Shown: positions 16,398 to 25,544 of the stretch, piece by piece
Numbering within the stretch: the stretch's first letter is position 1
Layout of the letters: every line of letters begins with the position of its first letter
Assembly (NCBI GenBank): GCA_963834485.1
Contig: CAWICD010000001.1
Span: 758,862 to 822,861 of the forward strand
Length of the DNA stretch: 64,000 nucleotides
Direction: 5' to 3'
DNA from: Vulcanimicrobiota bacterium
GTDB lineage: Bacteria; Vulcanimicrobiota; Vulcanimicrobiia; Vulcanimicrobiales; Vulcanimicrobiaceae
Translations under genes and position numbers: made by a program
Notes under the pieces: generated by a model
What the model saw: only the letters and a program-made list of their open reading frames with translations
What the model was told of the DNA's origin: nothing
Database searches by the model: none

Positions 16398-19241
16398 TTA
16401 GGCGAAGCCGTGCCTCACCTTGCTCCGTTCTTCTTGAGTCTTGAACTGGTTGAAGCGCGGTAGGAACTTGTCCCAGTCGATGAGGTGCGCGTCGATCTCC
16501 GGCCCGTCGATGCAGGCGTGCTTGCGCACGAGCTTGCCGTCGATCGTCACCGGTACCATGCACGCGCCGCACATGCCGGTGGCATCGACCATGATCGAGT
16601 TGAGGCTGGCGACGGTGCGCACGGCGAACGACCGGGTGAGATCGCTGACGGCCCGCATCATCAGCGGGGGACCGATCGCCACGACCTCGCCGATGCGCCG
16701 TCCTTCGCCCGACTGCGCCTTGCGCAGCAGATCCTCGAGCGGCAGCGTGACGAAGCCCTTGATGCCGAAGCGTCCGTCGTTGCTGGTGTAGATGACGTCG
16801 AGCAGGTCGGGATAGTCGGCCTGGAGCCTGCCGACGCGCTCGTCCTTGCCGGCCCAGAACACGAGGTTCGCGGTGCGGAACCCGGCGATCAGGGTCACGT
16901 GGTTGCCCATGCGCAGGTGTTCGCGCATGATCGGATAGACCGGCGGCAGTCCGACGCCGCCCGCGGTGAAGACGACCGTCTCACCCTTCGCGTAGCGGTG
17001 CAGTTCGCTCGGCAGTCCCAGCGGCCCGGCGATGCCGGTGAACGCCTCGCCGACTTCCATCATGTTGATCGCCATGCTGCTGCTTCCCAGCGCCTGCACG
17101 ACCAGGTCGATCGTTCCCGCTTTGGCATCCCAGTCGGCGAGCGTCAGCGGAATCAGCTCGCCCTTGTCCCAGGCCAGCACGCGCACGAACTGGCCGGCTC
17201 GCGCCGCCTTGGCGACGACCGGCGAGTGCACGACGAACTCGACGATGCCGTCGGCGAGGTGGATCTTCTCGACGATCGTCTGGCGCGCCGCGCTGAGCTT
17301 GGTGTAGCGGTCGGCGCTGGTGACGCGCGTCTTGATCTCGTCGGGCGTGAAGTGGATCTCGCCGACGATCTGTTTGGCCGCTGCTTGACCGTCGCCGGCG
17401 GCGCGAATCGCGGTCGAGCCGCCGCGGGCGGCGTCGCCGCCGCTGTAAACGCCCTCGATCGAGGTCTGCTGCGCGGCATTGGTCTCGATCGTCCCCCACT
17501 TCGTGGTGCGCAGTTCGGGTTCGGCGTCCTTGACGATGGGGTTCGGCGTGTTGCCCAGTGCCATGATGACCAGATCGACCGGCATGAGCTCCGTCTCACC
17601 GGTCACGACCGGGCTGCGCCGGCCCGAAGCGTCGGGCTCGCCGAGCTCCATGATGTCGAGGATCGTGTGCGTGACGCAGTGCGTCTTGCCGTCGCCGACG
17701 AACTCGCGGGGCGCGCGCAGCACCTTGAGCTTGATGCCCTCCTCGAGGGCGTGATGCAGCTCCTCGACCCGGACCGGCATCTCGCTCTGCGTGCGGCGAT
17801 AGACGATCGTGACGAGGCCGCCCAGGCGCAGCGCCGTGCGCGCGGCGTCCATGGCGGTGTTGCCGCCGCCGATGACGATGACGTGCTTGCCTTTGGTCTC
17901 CGGCAGCGGCGTCTCGTAATCTTCGAGCTGCCCCTGCATCAAGTTGACGCGGGTCAGGAATTCGTTGGCCGACATGACGCCCAGGAGATGCTCGCCCGGC
18001 ACGTTCATGAAGCGCGGCAGACCGGCACCGGTGCCGATGAAGATCTTCCAGAAGCCGGCGGCCTTGAGCGTTTCGATCGTCGCGGTCTTCCCGACGACGA
18101 AGTTGCGCACGAATTTGCCGCCGAGCCGTTCGATCTTGGCGACGACGTCATCGATCAGCTCGTTGGGCAGACGGAATTCGGGGATGCCGTAACGCAGAAC
18201 GCCGCCGAGCTCGTGGAACGCCTCGAAGACGGTGACCGGGAAGCCTTCCTGCGCGAGCAGATAGGCGTTGATGAGCCCGGCCGGGCCGGAACCCACGACC
18301 GCGATCGGCGGCTTGTCCGCGCGCAGCCAGGGATTCGTGATGCCTTCCCAATCGTCCAGGCCGCCATTCTGGATCTTGGCGCGCTGCGGCAAGAACCACT
18401 CGAGCTGACCGATCTCGATCGGCCGCTCGTTGAGCGTGCAGACGCCTTGGCACTGCAGCTCCTGCGGGCAGACGCGGCCGGTGACGTTGGGAAGCGGATT
18501 GCAGTGCTCGATCAGCTCGAGCGCGGCTTTGTATTTCCCGAGCCCGATCAGCTCGAGCATCTCGGGGATGTGGATCTTGACGGGGCATCCGCCCTTGTTC
18601 TCGGATCTCTTCTCGACGGGAACGCCGAGCTCGCAAGGCCGGTCGTCGCACTGCTTGTCGCGCAAGACCTCCAGCCACACGAAGAGATCGACCTCGCGCG
18701 CGCTGTAACCGAGCGTTCTGTATCCGAGATAGCCCTGGTTGACCAGCTCGAAATCGCGCGCGCGTTCTTCAGCCGGCCGCATGAAGGGTGCGATTCCGTT
18801 CTGGGCCGGCCAGTTCTGCGAGAGACCGTTGAACATCGGATAGCGCTCCGACAAGTACGTGTCGAGCGCGCGGACGAACTTGCGCTTGAACTTGAGCGGG
18901 ATGTTCCAGATGAAGCGCTGCAGGACGGCGCTCATGTCGTCGCCGCGCAGCATCAGGTCCCAGAGGATCCTGGTGAAGCGCTCGCCGAGCTCCTCTTGCT
19001 GGAATTCCCAGGCGATGGCCTGCGTTCCGTCGGCCACGAACATGGGGCGGAAGGACTGCGGGGATTTGAGCAGCCGGTTGCGCAGCAGCCCGAGCTGCTT
19101 TTGGAAGAGCTCGACCTCGTCGCTGCGCTCGAGCTCCTCCAGCTTGCTGCGGGTCGCCTCGAGCTCGCTGTTGGCGTGCAGGTAACGCTGCAGCTCGTTG
19201 CCCTCGCCGTCCGCGCCCAGACGGCCCGCGGCGATCGTCAT
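16398..19241 (-). CDS. Fused GltD/NfnB-like (2x[4Fe-4S]+FAD+NAD(P)H) and PyrK/NfnA-like (FAD/NAD + [2Fe-2S]) oxidoreductase with a unique N-terminal domain of about 200 aa
   Basis: GltD-type Cys clusters (CDDRPC...CPVKIHIP, CPQELQCQGVC), a Rossmann motif IAVVGSGPAGL, then an FNR/PyrK-like module ending MCGACMV...CIDGP. Start taken at the ATG (19241) overlapping the upstream stop (ATGA), because the first 66 codons of ORF 16398..19439 overlap the PFOR gene. Confidence 0.85.
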   Translation of the reverse strand: MTIAAGRLGADGEGNELQRYLHANSELEATRSKLEELERSDEVELFQKQLGLLRNRLLKSPQSFRPMFVADGTQAIAWEFQQEELGERFTRILWDLMLRGDDMSAVLQRFIWNIPLKFKRKFVRALDTYLSERYPMFNGLSQNWPAQNGIAPFMRPAEERARDFELVNQGYLGYRTLGYSAREVDLFVWLEVLRDKQCDDRPCELGVPVEKRSENKGGCPVKIHIPEMLELIGLGKYKAALELIEHCNPLPNVTGRVCPQELQCQGVCTLNERPIEIGQLEWFLPQRAKIQNGGLDDWEGITNPWLRADKPPIAVVGSGPAGLINAYLLAQEGFPVTVFEAFHELGGVLRYGIPEFRLPNELIDDVVAKIERLGGKFVRNFVVGKTATIETLKAAGFWKIFIGTGAGLPRFMNVPGEHLLGVMSANEFLTRVNLMQGQLEDYETPLPETKGKHVIVIGGGNTAMDAARTALRLGGLVTIVYRRTQSEMPVRVEELHHALEEGIKLKVLRAPREFVGDGKTHCVTHTILDIMELGEPDASGRRSPVVTGETELMPVDLVIMALGNTPNPIVKDAEPELRTTKWGTIETNAAQQTSIEGVYSGGDAARGGSTAIRAAGDGQAAAKQIVGEIHFTPDEIKTRVTSADRYTKLSAARQTIVEKIHLADGIVEFVVHSPVVAKAARAGQFVRVLAWDKGELIPLTLADWDAKAGTIDLVVQALGSSSMAINMMEVGEAFTGIAGPLGLPSELHRYAKGETVVFTAGGVGLPPVYPIMREHLRMGNHVTLIAGFRTANLVFWAGKDERVGRLQADYPDLLDVIYTSNDGRFGIKGFVTLPLEDLLRKAQSGEGRRIGEVVAIGPPLMMRAVSDLTRSFAVRTVASLNSIMVDATGMCGACMVPVTIDGKLVRKHACIDGPEIDAHLIDWDKFLPRFNQFKTQEERSKVRHGFA

Positions 19242-22200
19242 TGGCCGCACCGGATGATCTCGGCGTCGCAATTCGCCGCGACCCTCTGGAGGCGCGCCGT
19301 GAGTTCCGGCGTGACGGCGATCCGCTCGAGCGCGCCGGGGATGACCCGGGCGACGTCCTTGGCCTCGCCGTTGACGACGATCTTCGTCTTTTCGAAGATG
19401 TCGCTGAGGTCCTGATAGCAGGTCTTGCAGTTCGTGCACTTGGCCATGTCGCTCTCGGCGATGCTGACCAGCGCCGTGGCGACGCCGTTGGAGACGGGCG
19501 CCCCGGCGAGGGCGAGCTGACCGGCCTTGGCCATCGGCGGAGCGGCCATGCTCAGCGAAGGGCCGTTCATGAGCGAGGTCAGGTCGATCACGCCCGGCGC
19601 GTTCGAAGCGGCGGCGAGCTCCGACATCGCGCGAGCGATCGAGTCGATCGACGATTCGCGCTGCGTGACCGAATCCTCGTAGCGCCGGCGCCAGTGCTCG
19701 AGTTCGACGCGATGGGTGGCGCCGAGCTGGCTGAGGTCCAGACCTCCGAGCGATTGCAGCATGCGCCAGCTCTTGCGCCGGTCTTCGACGAGGTCGACGA
19801 TGGTCGGTGAGACCGAGAGCTTGATCAGGTGCAAGTCGTCGTCGGTCGCGTAGATGAACGGAACCTTGCCGATGCGTTCCTGTTCGCTCAGGTCGATGTA
19901 CTCGTGGATCGGCACCTGGTTCGCGTCGCCGCTGAGGACCGCGAAGTGGCGCTTGAAGCGTCCTTCCTTGAAGGCGAACTCAGCCGGAGTCAGCGGCAGC
20001 TCCATGAGCTTGGGGGAACCGTCGGCATCGACGTACTCGAGCGTCGTCGTCGTCCAGTCGCTGGTGACGTCGGGGTTTCCGTCGAGCGAGAACCAGTCGT
20101 GCAGCGCGTCGCCGCGGCGCGGGTCGTGCACGAACACGGGGCTCATGCGGCTCTCCACCGCCAGCCGCGCGTTGCGGTTGGAGGCGGCGTCGCTGATGCC
20201 GTGTTCCGGCTGGCACGGCGTGTAGACGTCGAGCAAGGCCGGCGAGTCGTTGTAGGTGAGGAACTCCATGAGGCTCTTCATGAAGTGGCCCTGCAGCGCC
20301 GTGCTGGTCTGGGTCACGAAGACCTTGGGATGGAACGCGGCGATCAAGCCGAGCTCTTTGCGGTCTTCCTGCTTGCCGCGATGGGTCGAGCCGAAGCGGG
20401 TCAGGTCGGAGTCTTGCGCGGTGAAGCTCGCGGTCGAAGCCTGGCCGCCGGTGTTCGAGTAGGCGCCGGAGTTGAGGACGACGATCTTGATCGGGGTGTC
20501 CGTCGTCAGCAGGCGCGATAGCGCACCGAATCCGATGTCGTAGGTCGCGCCGTCGCCGCCCATGCTGATGAGGGTCGGCAGCAGCGAGAGCTCTTCGTCG
20601 GTGAACTGCGCCCAGCGGAAGTACTTGAAGAACGGGTCGTGCACCAACGGGTTGTAGTGGTCTTCCAAGTCGAGCTTGGCGATGCGCAGCGCGCGGAAAT
20701 CCTCGACGGCCTCCGAGGTGATCCCTTCGAAGAGTCCCTTGGCCAGCGCCGGGGTGTCCTGGAAGAGACTGTTGACCCACGGGTTGTTGTAAGGATTGAA
20801 GGGGAACGTCGAGGCGAAAACGCTGCTGCAGCCCGTCGCGTTCGCCATGACCGCGGCGGTCGGGCCGGCCCCGGTCGGGCCGCCCTCGAAGAAATAGAGC
20901 CGCTTCTCGAGCGTGGCGAGGGTGCGCTTGATGCGAGCGCGCCGCTCCGGATCGTGCTCGTCGGGGGTGAAGTGCTCGAGCTTGGCGGTCAGCTGCTCGA
21001 TCGTGCTCTCGAGTTCGCGGACGTGATCCTTGCGGCGCCGCTCGTGGATCGCGCGGTTGGCCGCGACGACCAGCCGGATCGCCGTAACCTCGCCGCAGCC
21101 GCGGCAGGCGCCGTGTCCGCCGGTCATCGCATAGTAGTTGCTGCGATCGAGCATGAGGCGCTTGGTGTCGCCGTCTGGCTTGGTCGCGCCCTCGAAGAAA
21201 CGCGCCGGCGTGTTCGGCATGCGGCTGAGGAACTCGAAGCGCGCTTGCAGCGTCTCGAGCAACTCGGAATCCTGGCGGCGCTCGACGAGCGCGCCCGGAC
21301 CGCAAACGTCGACGCACTCGAGGCAGCCCGTGCACTTCCACGGGTCGACGCCGACCGCGTAGAGTCCGCCGCTGCCCGGCACGGCCTTCTCCATCGCGTC
21401 GAAGAACGGTCGCGTCTTGGCCACGGGATAGACCGCCAGCGCCTCCACCATCTTGGCGAGGCTGCGCCGCAGCGCCACGTTGTCGACGTCGAGCCCTTCG
21501 ACCGCCGCGGCGGCGATCTCGTGGAACGGCGTGGCGTCGCGGCTCGACGACTGGCGGTACGTTTCGCGAATCGTCCTGGCCAGCGCCACGACGTGACTGC
21601 GCATCAGCTCCTTTTGCTGATCGGTGACGTCGAGCTGCTTGATCGCCGTCAAGAGCAGTTCGTGAATGTCGTGCACGACGTTGGGGATCGCGGCGTCGGG
21701 ACAGACCAGCGCGCATTCCATGCAGCCGGTGCACAGCTCGGCCTCGAACTCGGGGACGTTCCGGCGGAAGAGCCCTTTGTCTTTCCAGGCCGCGTAGCCC
21801 GGCGGCATGAAGAAGCCGGCGCCGGGGAAGACCGGCGCTTCGCCGATCGAGGCGTCCTTGAAGCGGTCGGCGACGATATCTTCGTAATACTGGCGGTCGA
21901 AGAAGCCGCTCTGCTGGGCGGGACCGGTCGCCTTGCACATCCCGGCCGAGATCGAGACGCCCGCGCCGTTGCGTGCGACGGCCGTCTCTTCGGCGACCGC
22001 GAAGGCGGGATCGTTGTAGTCGACCTGCTGGGTCGCCTGGAGGCCCTCGCGGATCACCTCCATGTTGCTCTCCACGATCGTGCCGCCTTTGGCGCCGAAC
22101 TTCTTGCTGATCTGCTGGCGGATCTTGGCCAGCACCGCTTCCTTGGAAGTCCCGGCTGAGATGCGGTCGACGTAGCCGCAGACCGCGCCGATGAAGGCGA

Positions 22201-24349
22201 TGCCCATCATGCGCGTCTCCAAGTCTTCGGTCGGCGCATGCTTCTTGGCGACGGCGAACGCGTCGACCACGCAGAACTTGATGTTCCGCTCGCGGATCGT
22301 CTTGCGCGCGCTTGCGGGCAGCTCTTTCCACACGTCGAGCGGCGAGAGCGTCGACTGCATGATGAAGGTGCCGCCGGGGGTGAGCCCGCGCAGCGGATTC
22401 GTGTGGCTGAAGACTTTGTGGTCGGGCGAGACCACGATCTCGACGTCTTCCAGCTCGGCGTTGGTGATCTTGATCGGCTCGGGGCTCAGCGTGATGTAAT
22501 AGTTGGTCGGGGCGCCGCTCTTCTCCGAGCCGTACTTCGGCGCGGACTTCGAGTGCAGCCCGAGCACGCCGGCGAGGATGTCGGTGAGCAGCTTGCCGGT
22601 CGCGATCGTTCCGTAGCCGCCGACCGAGTGGAAGCGGATGCGGAAGGCCGCGTCGGGCAGCAGGTGCGGATTGGCCTCCGTCTCGAGCGCCATGAACTCA
22701 GTCTCGGGGTAGGCTTCCTTGAGCCGCTCTTGCAGCAGCGCGAGACGCGCGGGAGCGTCCTTCGAGAAAAATTGCGAGCCGAGGTAGACGAACGGCGCGT
22801 TGCGCTCGCTTTCCATGTTCGCGTAGGCCGCGATCAGATGGCGCGGCTGGAGGTCGTGCCCGCCGAGGCCGAAGATCGCGGTCGTGATCTTGGGCAGCGC
22901 GTCGATCGCCGGGATGCCCTCGTGGCGAACGCCGTCGGCATTCTCGCGCGCCTTGAAGAGCGCTTGGGTCACGAGGGTCGTCAAGTTCGTCTGGTCGCAG
23001 CGCTCGAGGACGGTCACGGCCTTCTTGCCGCGCAGCACCTCGATGAGCTCGGCCTCGGGGAACGGCTGCAGCAGCTTGAGCGAAACGACGCCTACCTTCT
23101 TACCCTGCGAGCGAAGGTGGCTGACCACGGCCTCCGCATCGTCGGTGACCGAGCCGAGGCCGACCGTCACGTAGTCGGCGTCGTCGCAGTGGAACGTCTG
23201 GACCGGGCTGTAGAGCCGACCCGTCAGCTCGCTGTATTCGGCCATCGCCTGCCGCACGAAGCGCGGGACTTCGCTCGCGAAGTGCGTCTTGTGGTCGACC
23301 GAGCCGGCCTGGAAGTCGGCTTGGTTTTGGACGCCGCCGGTGAGACCGGGATTGTGCTGATCGACCAGCGCGGGGACGCGCTGACGCGTGCCCTTCTCCG
23401 CCGCGTTGAGCCACTGGCGCCGCCATTGGCCGCGCAGCTCTTCGGGGATCCAGCCGATCGTGCCGGCGATCAGCTGCCCTTCGTTGTCGCGCTCGATCTG
23501 CTCGCCGACGTCACTGAGGTACGCCTGCAGCAAAGCCAGGCTCGAGGGCGGGATGTCGGCCTCGTGACGCGCCAGGTACGTACGCAGCTCGAAGAGCCGG
23601 CCCTTGGCGCCGAAGAGCATCTCCTGAGCGACGGTCGGGGCGGGGATGCGCCCTTGCGGATCGCCCAGGAACTCCTTGAGGAGTTCGGGTTCGGGCAGCA
23701 GGGCTTCGCTCAGCATGTGGCTGGTGGCGAAGCCGTCCATGGCGTTGGCGACCGGGATGAGCGAAAGCGAGGCGACTTTGTAGGCGATCGCGGCCAGGTC
23801 GGCCGCCTCTTGCGGGTCGCTGCCGAAGAGGATCGTGTAACCCGAGCCCAACAGCGCGTAGACGTCGTCGTGGCCGGCCATGACGTTGAGGGAGTGCTTG
23901 GAAACGACGCGGGCCGCGACTTGCAGCACGAAGCCGCCGACCTTCTTGCCGACGGTGACGTAATGCGACTCGAGCCCGTAGAGGATGCCCTGGCTCGACG
24001 ACGCGTTCGAGACGTACTTGCCGCCGGTCAGCGCCGCGCCGAGCGCGCCGCTCTGGGCCGAGTGCTCGCCTTCGGGATTGAAAAAGAAGGGGTGCTTGCC
24101 CCAGACGTTGCAGCCGCCGCCGGCGCGGAACGCCTCGTACAGTTCCGAGATCTCGGTCGAAGGCGTGATGGGATAGCCGATGACGCCTCCGCACACGTGG
24201 CCCATCACATAGGCTACCGCGCCGTTGCCGTTGATCACGGCCGGGACGCCGGGATACTTCGCGTTCAGTTGGGGCGTCCGGGCAGCACTGGTCGCGCGCG
24301 CGAGGTCAGCGCCGTTGGTCGCTGCCACGGTTTGGCTGGTAGGTGTCAT
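19238..24349 (-). CDS. Extended (1703-aa) pyruvate/2-oxoacid:ferredoxin oxidoreductase-like protein
   Basis: PFOR domain order is recognisable: domain I (GYPITPSTEI), gamma (FHSVGGYGTIATGK), two ferredoxin motifs (CTGCMECALVCP, CTGCLECVDVCG) and TPP domain (GGDGATYDIGFG). There are large insertions and an extra C-terminal CTNCKTCYQ...C module. Confidence 0.9.
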   Translation of the reverse strand: MTPTSQTVAATNGADLARATSAARTPQLNAKYPGVPAVINGNGAVAYVMGHVCGGVIGYPITPSTEISELYEAFRAGGGCNVWGKHPFFFNPEGEHSAQSGALGAALTGGKYVSNASSSQGILYGLESHYVTVGKKVGGFVLQVAARVVSKHSLNVMAGHDDVYALLGSGYTILFGSDPQEAADLAAIAYKVASLSLIPVANAMDGFATSHMLSEALLPEPELLKEFLGDPQGRIPAPTVAQEMLFGAKGRLFELRTYLARHEADIPPSSLALLQAYLSDVGEQIERDNEGQLIAGTIGWIPEELRGQWRRQWLNAAEKGTRQRVPALVDQHNPGLTGGVQNQADFQAGSVDHKTHFASEVPRFVRQAMAEYSELTGRLYSPVQTFHCDDADYVTVGLGSVTDDAEAVVSHLRSQGKKVGVVSLKLLQPFPEAELIEVLRGKKAVTVLERCDQTNLTTLVTQALFKARENADGVRHEGIPAIDALPKITTAIFGLGGHDLQPRHLIAAYANMESERNAPFVYLGSQFFSKDAPARLALLQERLKEAYPETEFMALETEANPHLLPDAAFRIRFHSVGGYGTIATGKLLTDILAGVLGLHSKSAPKYGSEKSGAPTNYYITLSPEPIKITNAELEDVEIVVSPDHKVFSHTNPLRGLTPGGTFIMQSTLSPLDVWKELPASARKTIRERNIKFCVVDAFAVAKKHAPTEDLETRMMGIAFIGAVCGYVDRISAGTSKEAVLAKIRQQISKKFGAKGGTIVESNMEVIREGLQATQQVDYNDPAFAVAEETAVARNGAGVSISAGMCKATGPAQQSGFFDRQYYEDIVADRFKDASIGEAPVFPGAGFFMPPGYAAWKDKGLFRRNVPEFEAELCTGCMECALVCPDAAIPNVVHDIHELLLTAIKQLDVTDQQKELMRSHVVALARTIRETYRQSSSRDATPFHEIAAAAVEGLDVDNVALRRSLAKMVEALAVYPVAKTRPFFDAMEKAVPGSGGLYAVGVDPWKCTGCLECVDVCGPGALVERRQDSELLETLQARFEFLSRMPNTPARFFEGATKPDGDTKRLMLDRSNYYAMTGGHGACRGCGEVTAIRLVVAANRAIHERRRKDHVRELESTIEQLTAKLEHFTPDEHDPERRARIKRTLATLEKRLYFFEGGPTGAGPTAAVMANATGCSSVFASTFPFNPYNNPWVNSLFQDTPALAKGLFEGITSEAVEDFRALRIAKLDLEDHYNPLVHDPFFKYFRWAQFTDEELSLLPTLISMGGDGATYDIGFGALSRLLTTDTPIKIVVLNSGAYSNTGGQASTASFTAQDSDLTRFGSTHRGKQEDRKELGLIAAFHPKVFVTQTSTALQGHFMKSLMEFLTYNDSPALLDVYTPCQPEHGISDAASNRNARLAVESRMSPVFVHDPRRGDALHDWFSLDGNPDVTSDWTTTTLEYVDADGSPKLMELPLTPAEFAFKEGRFKRHFAVLSGDANQVPIHEYIDLSEQERIGKVPFIYATDDDLHLIKLSVSPTIVDLVEDRRKSWRMLQSLGGLDLSQLGATHRVELEHWRRRYEDSVTQRESSIDSIARAMSELAAASNAPGVIDLTSLMNGPSLSMAAPPMAKAGQLALAGAPVSNGVATALVSIAESDMAKCTNCKTCYQDLSDIFEKTKIVVNGEAKDVARVIPGALERIAVTPELTARLQRVAANCDAEIIRCGQ

Positions 24350-24463
24350 TTTCTAATCCCGCAGTCGATGGTATGAAAAAGACCACCCGGCGAGCCCTCG
24401 ACGGAGCGGCGGTCCCGAGAACGTGCTCGAAAACGTCAGGCAGCGGGGCGGTACAGTCACTTC

Positions 24464-24492
24464 ATCGTATGCGATTTGCCTTTAATCTGCAA
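24464..24492 (-). promoter_or_regulatory. Promoter candidate for the PFOR operon
   Basis: Minus strand reads TTGCAG, a 17-nt spacer, then TACGAT, in an AT-rich island about 110 nt upstream of the ATG at 24349. Confidence 0.35.
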
Positions 24493-24547
24493 GCTTTCCT
24501 CGCTAAACTTCTCGCACGATGCAAAGAAGCTTCACGAAATCGCCTAA

Positions 24548-24590
24548 TAGGTTTACCTTACGAAAGTAAACTCGCGCGTTAGGTTTACCT
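24548..24590. promoter_or_regulatory. Two direct copies of TAGGTTTACCT 32 bp apart (operator/activator-site candidate)
   Basis: Copies at 24548-24558 and 24580-24590. The first overlaps the inverted repeat GTTTAC-N9-GTAAAC (24551-24571). Confidence 0.4.
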
Positions 24591-24738
24591 AGACGACTTT
24601 TGTCGCTCGAGGCGCGGCGGCCGGCAGAGAGCGGCTCGATCGGGCGAAATCGATCTCACCTCTAGGCACGGTGCGAGCGCGGCTGCCTGCCGGCGAGCTC
24701 CGCAGCACGCGCGGTGTTCCTTCAGCGATCGCCTTCTC

Positions 24739-25098
24739 TTATTTTGATCGAGCGAGTGTCTTGGGATGCACGATCCGCGAGTACTCGACGTCTTCGACGG
24801 TCAGCAGACCTTCGCCGATCATTTTCCGCAGGTCGTCGACGAGCGGCTCGAGCTTCGCCCAGTCGTCGATCACTTCGATGAGGATCGGAAGGTTCGGAAG
24901 CCACGAAAAGACCTTCGACGCGTGCATCTGGCTGTGACTGCCGAAGCCTTCGATCCCGCGGAAGACGGTCGCGCCCGAGACGCCTTTGCGGCGAAGGAAC
25001 TCGGCGACCGCCGCGTACGTGGGCTCGACGCCCGTGCGATCGTTGTCGTCGAGAAAGATGCGCAGGAGCTTCCCCGCTTGAAAGCCGGACGTGGCCAT
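24739..25098 (-). CDS. DUF190 (PII-like) domain protein
   Basis: 119 aa. LLRIFLDDNDR..., GATVFRGIEGFG and PILIEVID are typical of DUF190. A GGAGG SD lies 5 nt upstream. Confidence 0.8.
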   Translation of the reverse strand: MATSGFQAGKLLRIFLDDNDRTGVEPTYAAVAEFLRRKGVSGATVFRGIEGFGSHSQMHASKVFSWLPNLPILIEVIDDWAKLEPLVDDLRKMIGEGLLTVEDVEYSRIVHPKTLARSK

Positions 25099-25466
25099 GG
25101 TGACCTCCGGGGTTCTTCCCCCGCCTCGCGGTCGCTATAAAATTCGAGAGCGCTTCGATCTCCTCCCCTAATCGCGGCCGCTCGAGGACCGCGCGGGCAG
25201 CGGCTCAGAGCGTTTTTTCGGCGCTGCGGGGGCCCGCCGCCGTTCCCGCGGACCGCTTCGCGCAGCTTGGGTCGACGACGAGAAGTATAAGTTCCGTTCG
25301 TTTTCTCGCAGCCGCGAACCCGAGTTTTTCGAGAGCCTGCTTCCACGACGGCGTGCGCGAACGTCGGCCCGGATTACGAGACCGTGACGATACCCCGGCT
25401 GCCTCTGATTCGGTCGCGCCGGTCGACAGGGAAGCAAGCCGAAATGGCGGAACGACCGCCATTCAT

Positions 25467-25540
25467 CGGGATGGAGCTCCCGCCTAACCGCCGGTCTCGG
25501 CTGATGGCTCCTGTTTCTAAGCTGCGATGAGACAGGAGCT
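25467..25540 (+). promoter_or_regulatory. Fluoride riboswitch (crcB motif) with SD-sequestering expression platform
   Basis: GGGAUGGAGCUCCCGCCUAACCGCCGGUCUCGGCUGAUGGCUCCU matches the fluoride aptamer consensus (GAUGG..., CCGCC.AAC.GCC, P3 hairpin, CUGAUGGCUCC). The 3' strand GCUCCUGU (25507-25514) can alternatively pair with ACAGGAGC (25532-25539), which contains the SD. Confidence 0.85.
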
Positions 25541-25544
25541 TCAC

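Noticed and set aside
16485-19415. Very long antisense ORFs (for example 16485..19415+, 22238..24376+, 29819..33331+, 51350..54247-, 3514..4794-, 8129..9451-, 41432..43378-, 61563..63044-).
   Set aside because: These are typical stop-poor shadow frames of high-GC DNA. Their translations are Arg/Ala/Gly/Pro-rich with no motifs, and each lies opposite a gene with unambiguous conserved motifs.
24343-24582. 79-aa ORF in the AT-rich spacer upstream of the PFOR gene.
   Set aside because: No SD and atypical composition. The region is better explained as promoter/operator DNA.
25099-25466. Second fluoride riboswitch upstream of DUF190 on the minus strand.
   Set aside because: The reverse complement was read through. 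No GAUGG...CCGCC.AAC.GCC...CUGAUG arrangement was found.
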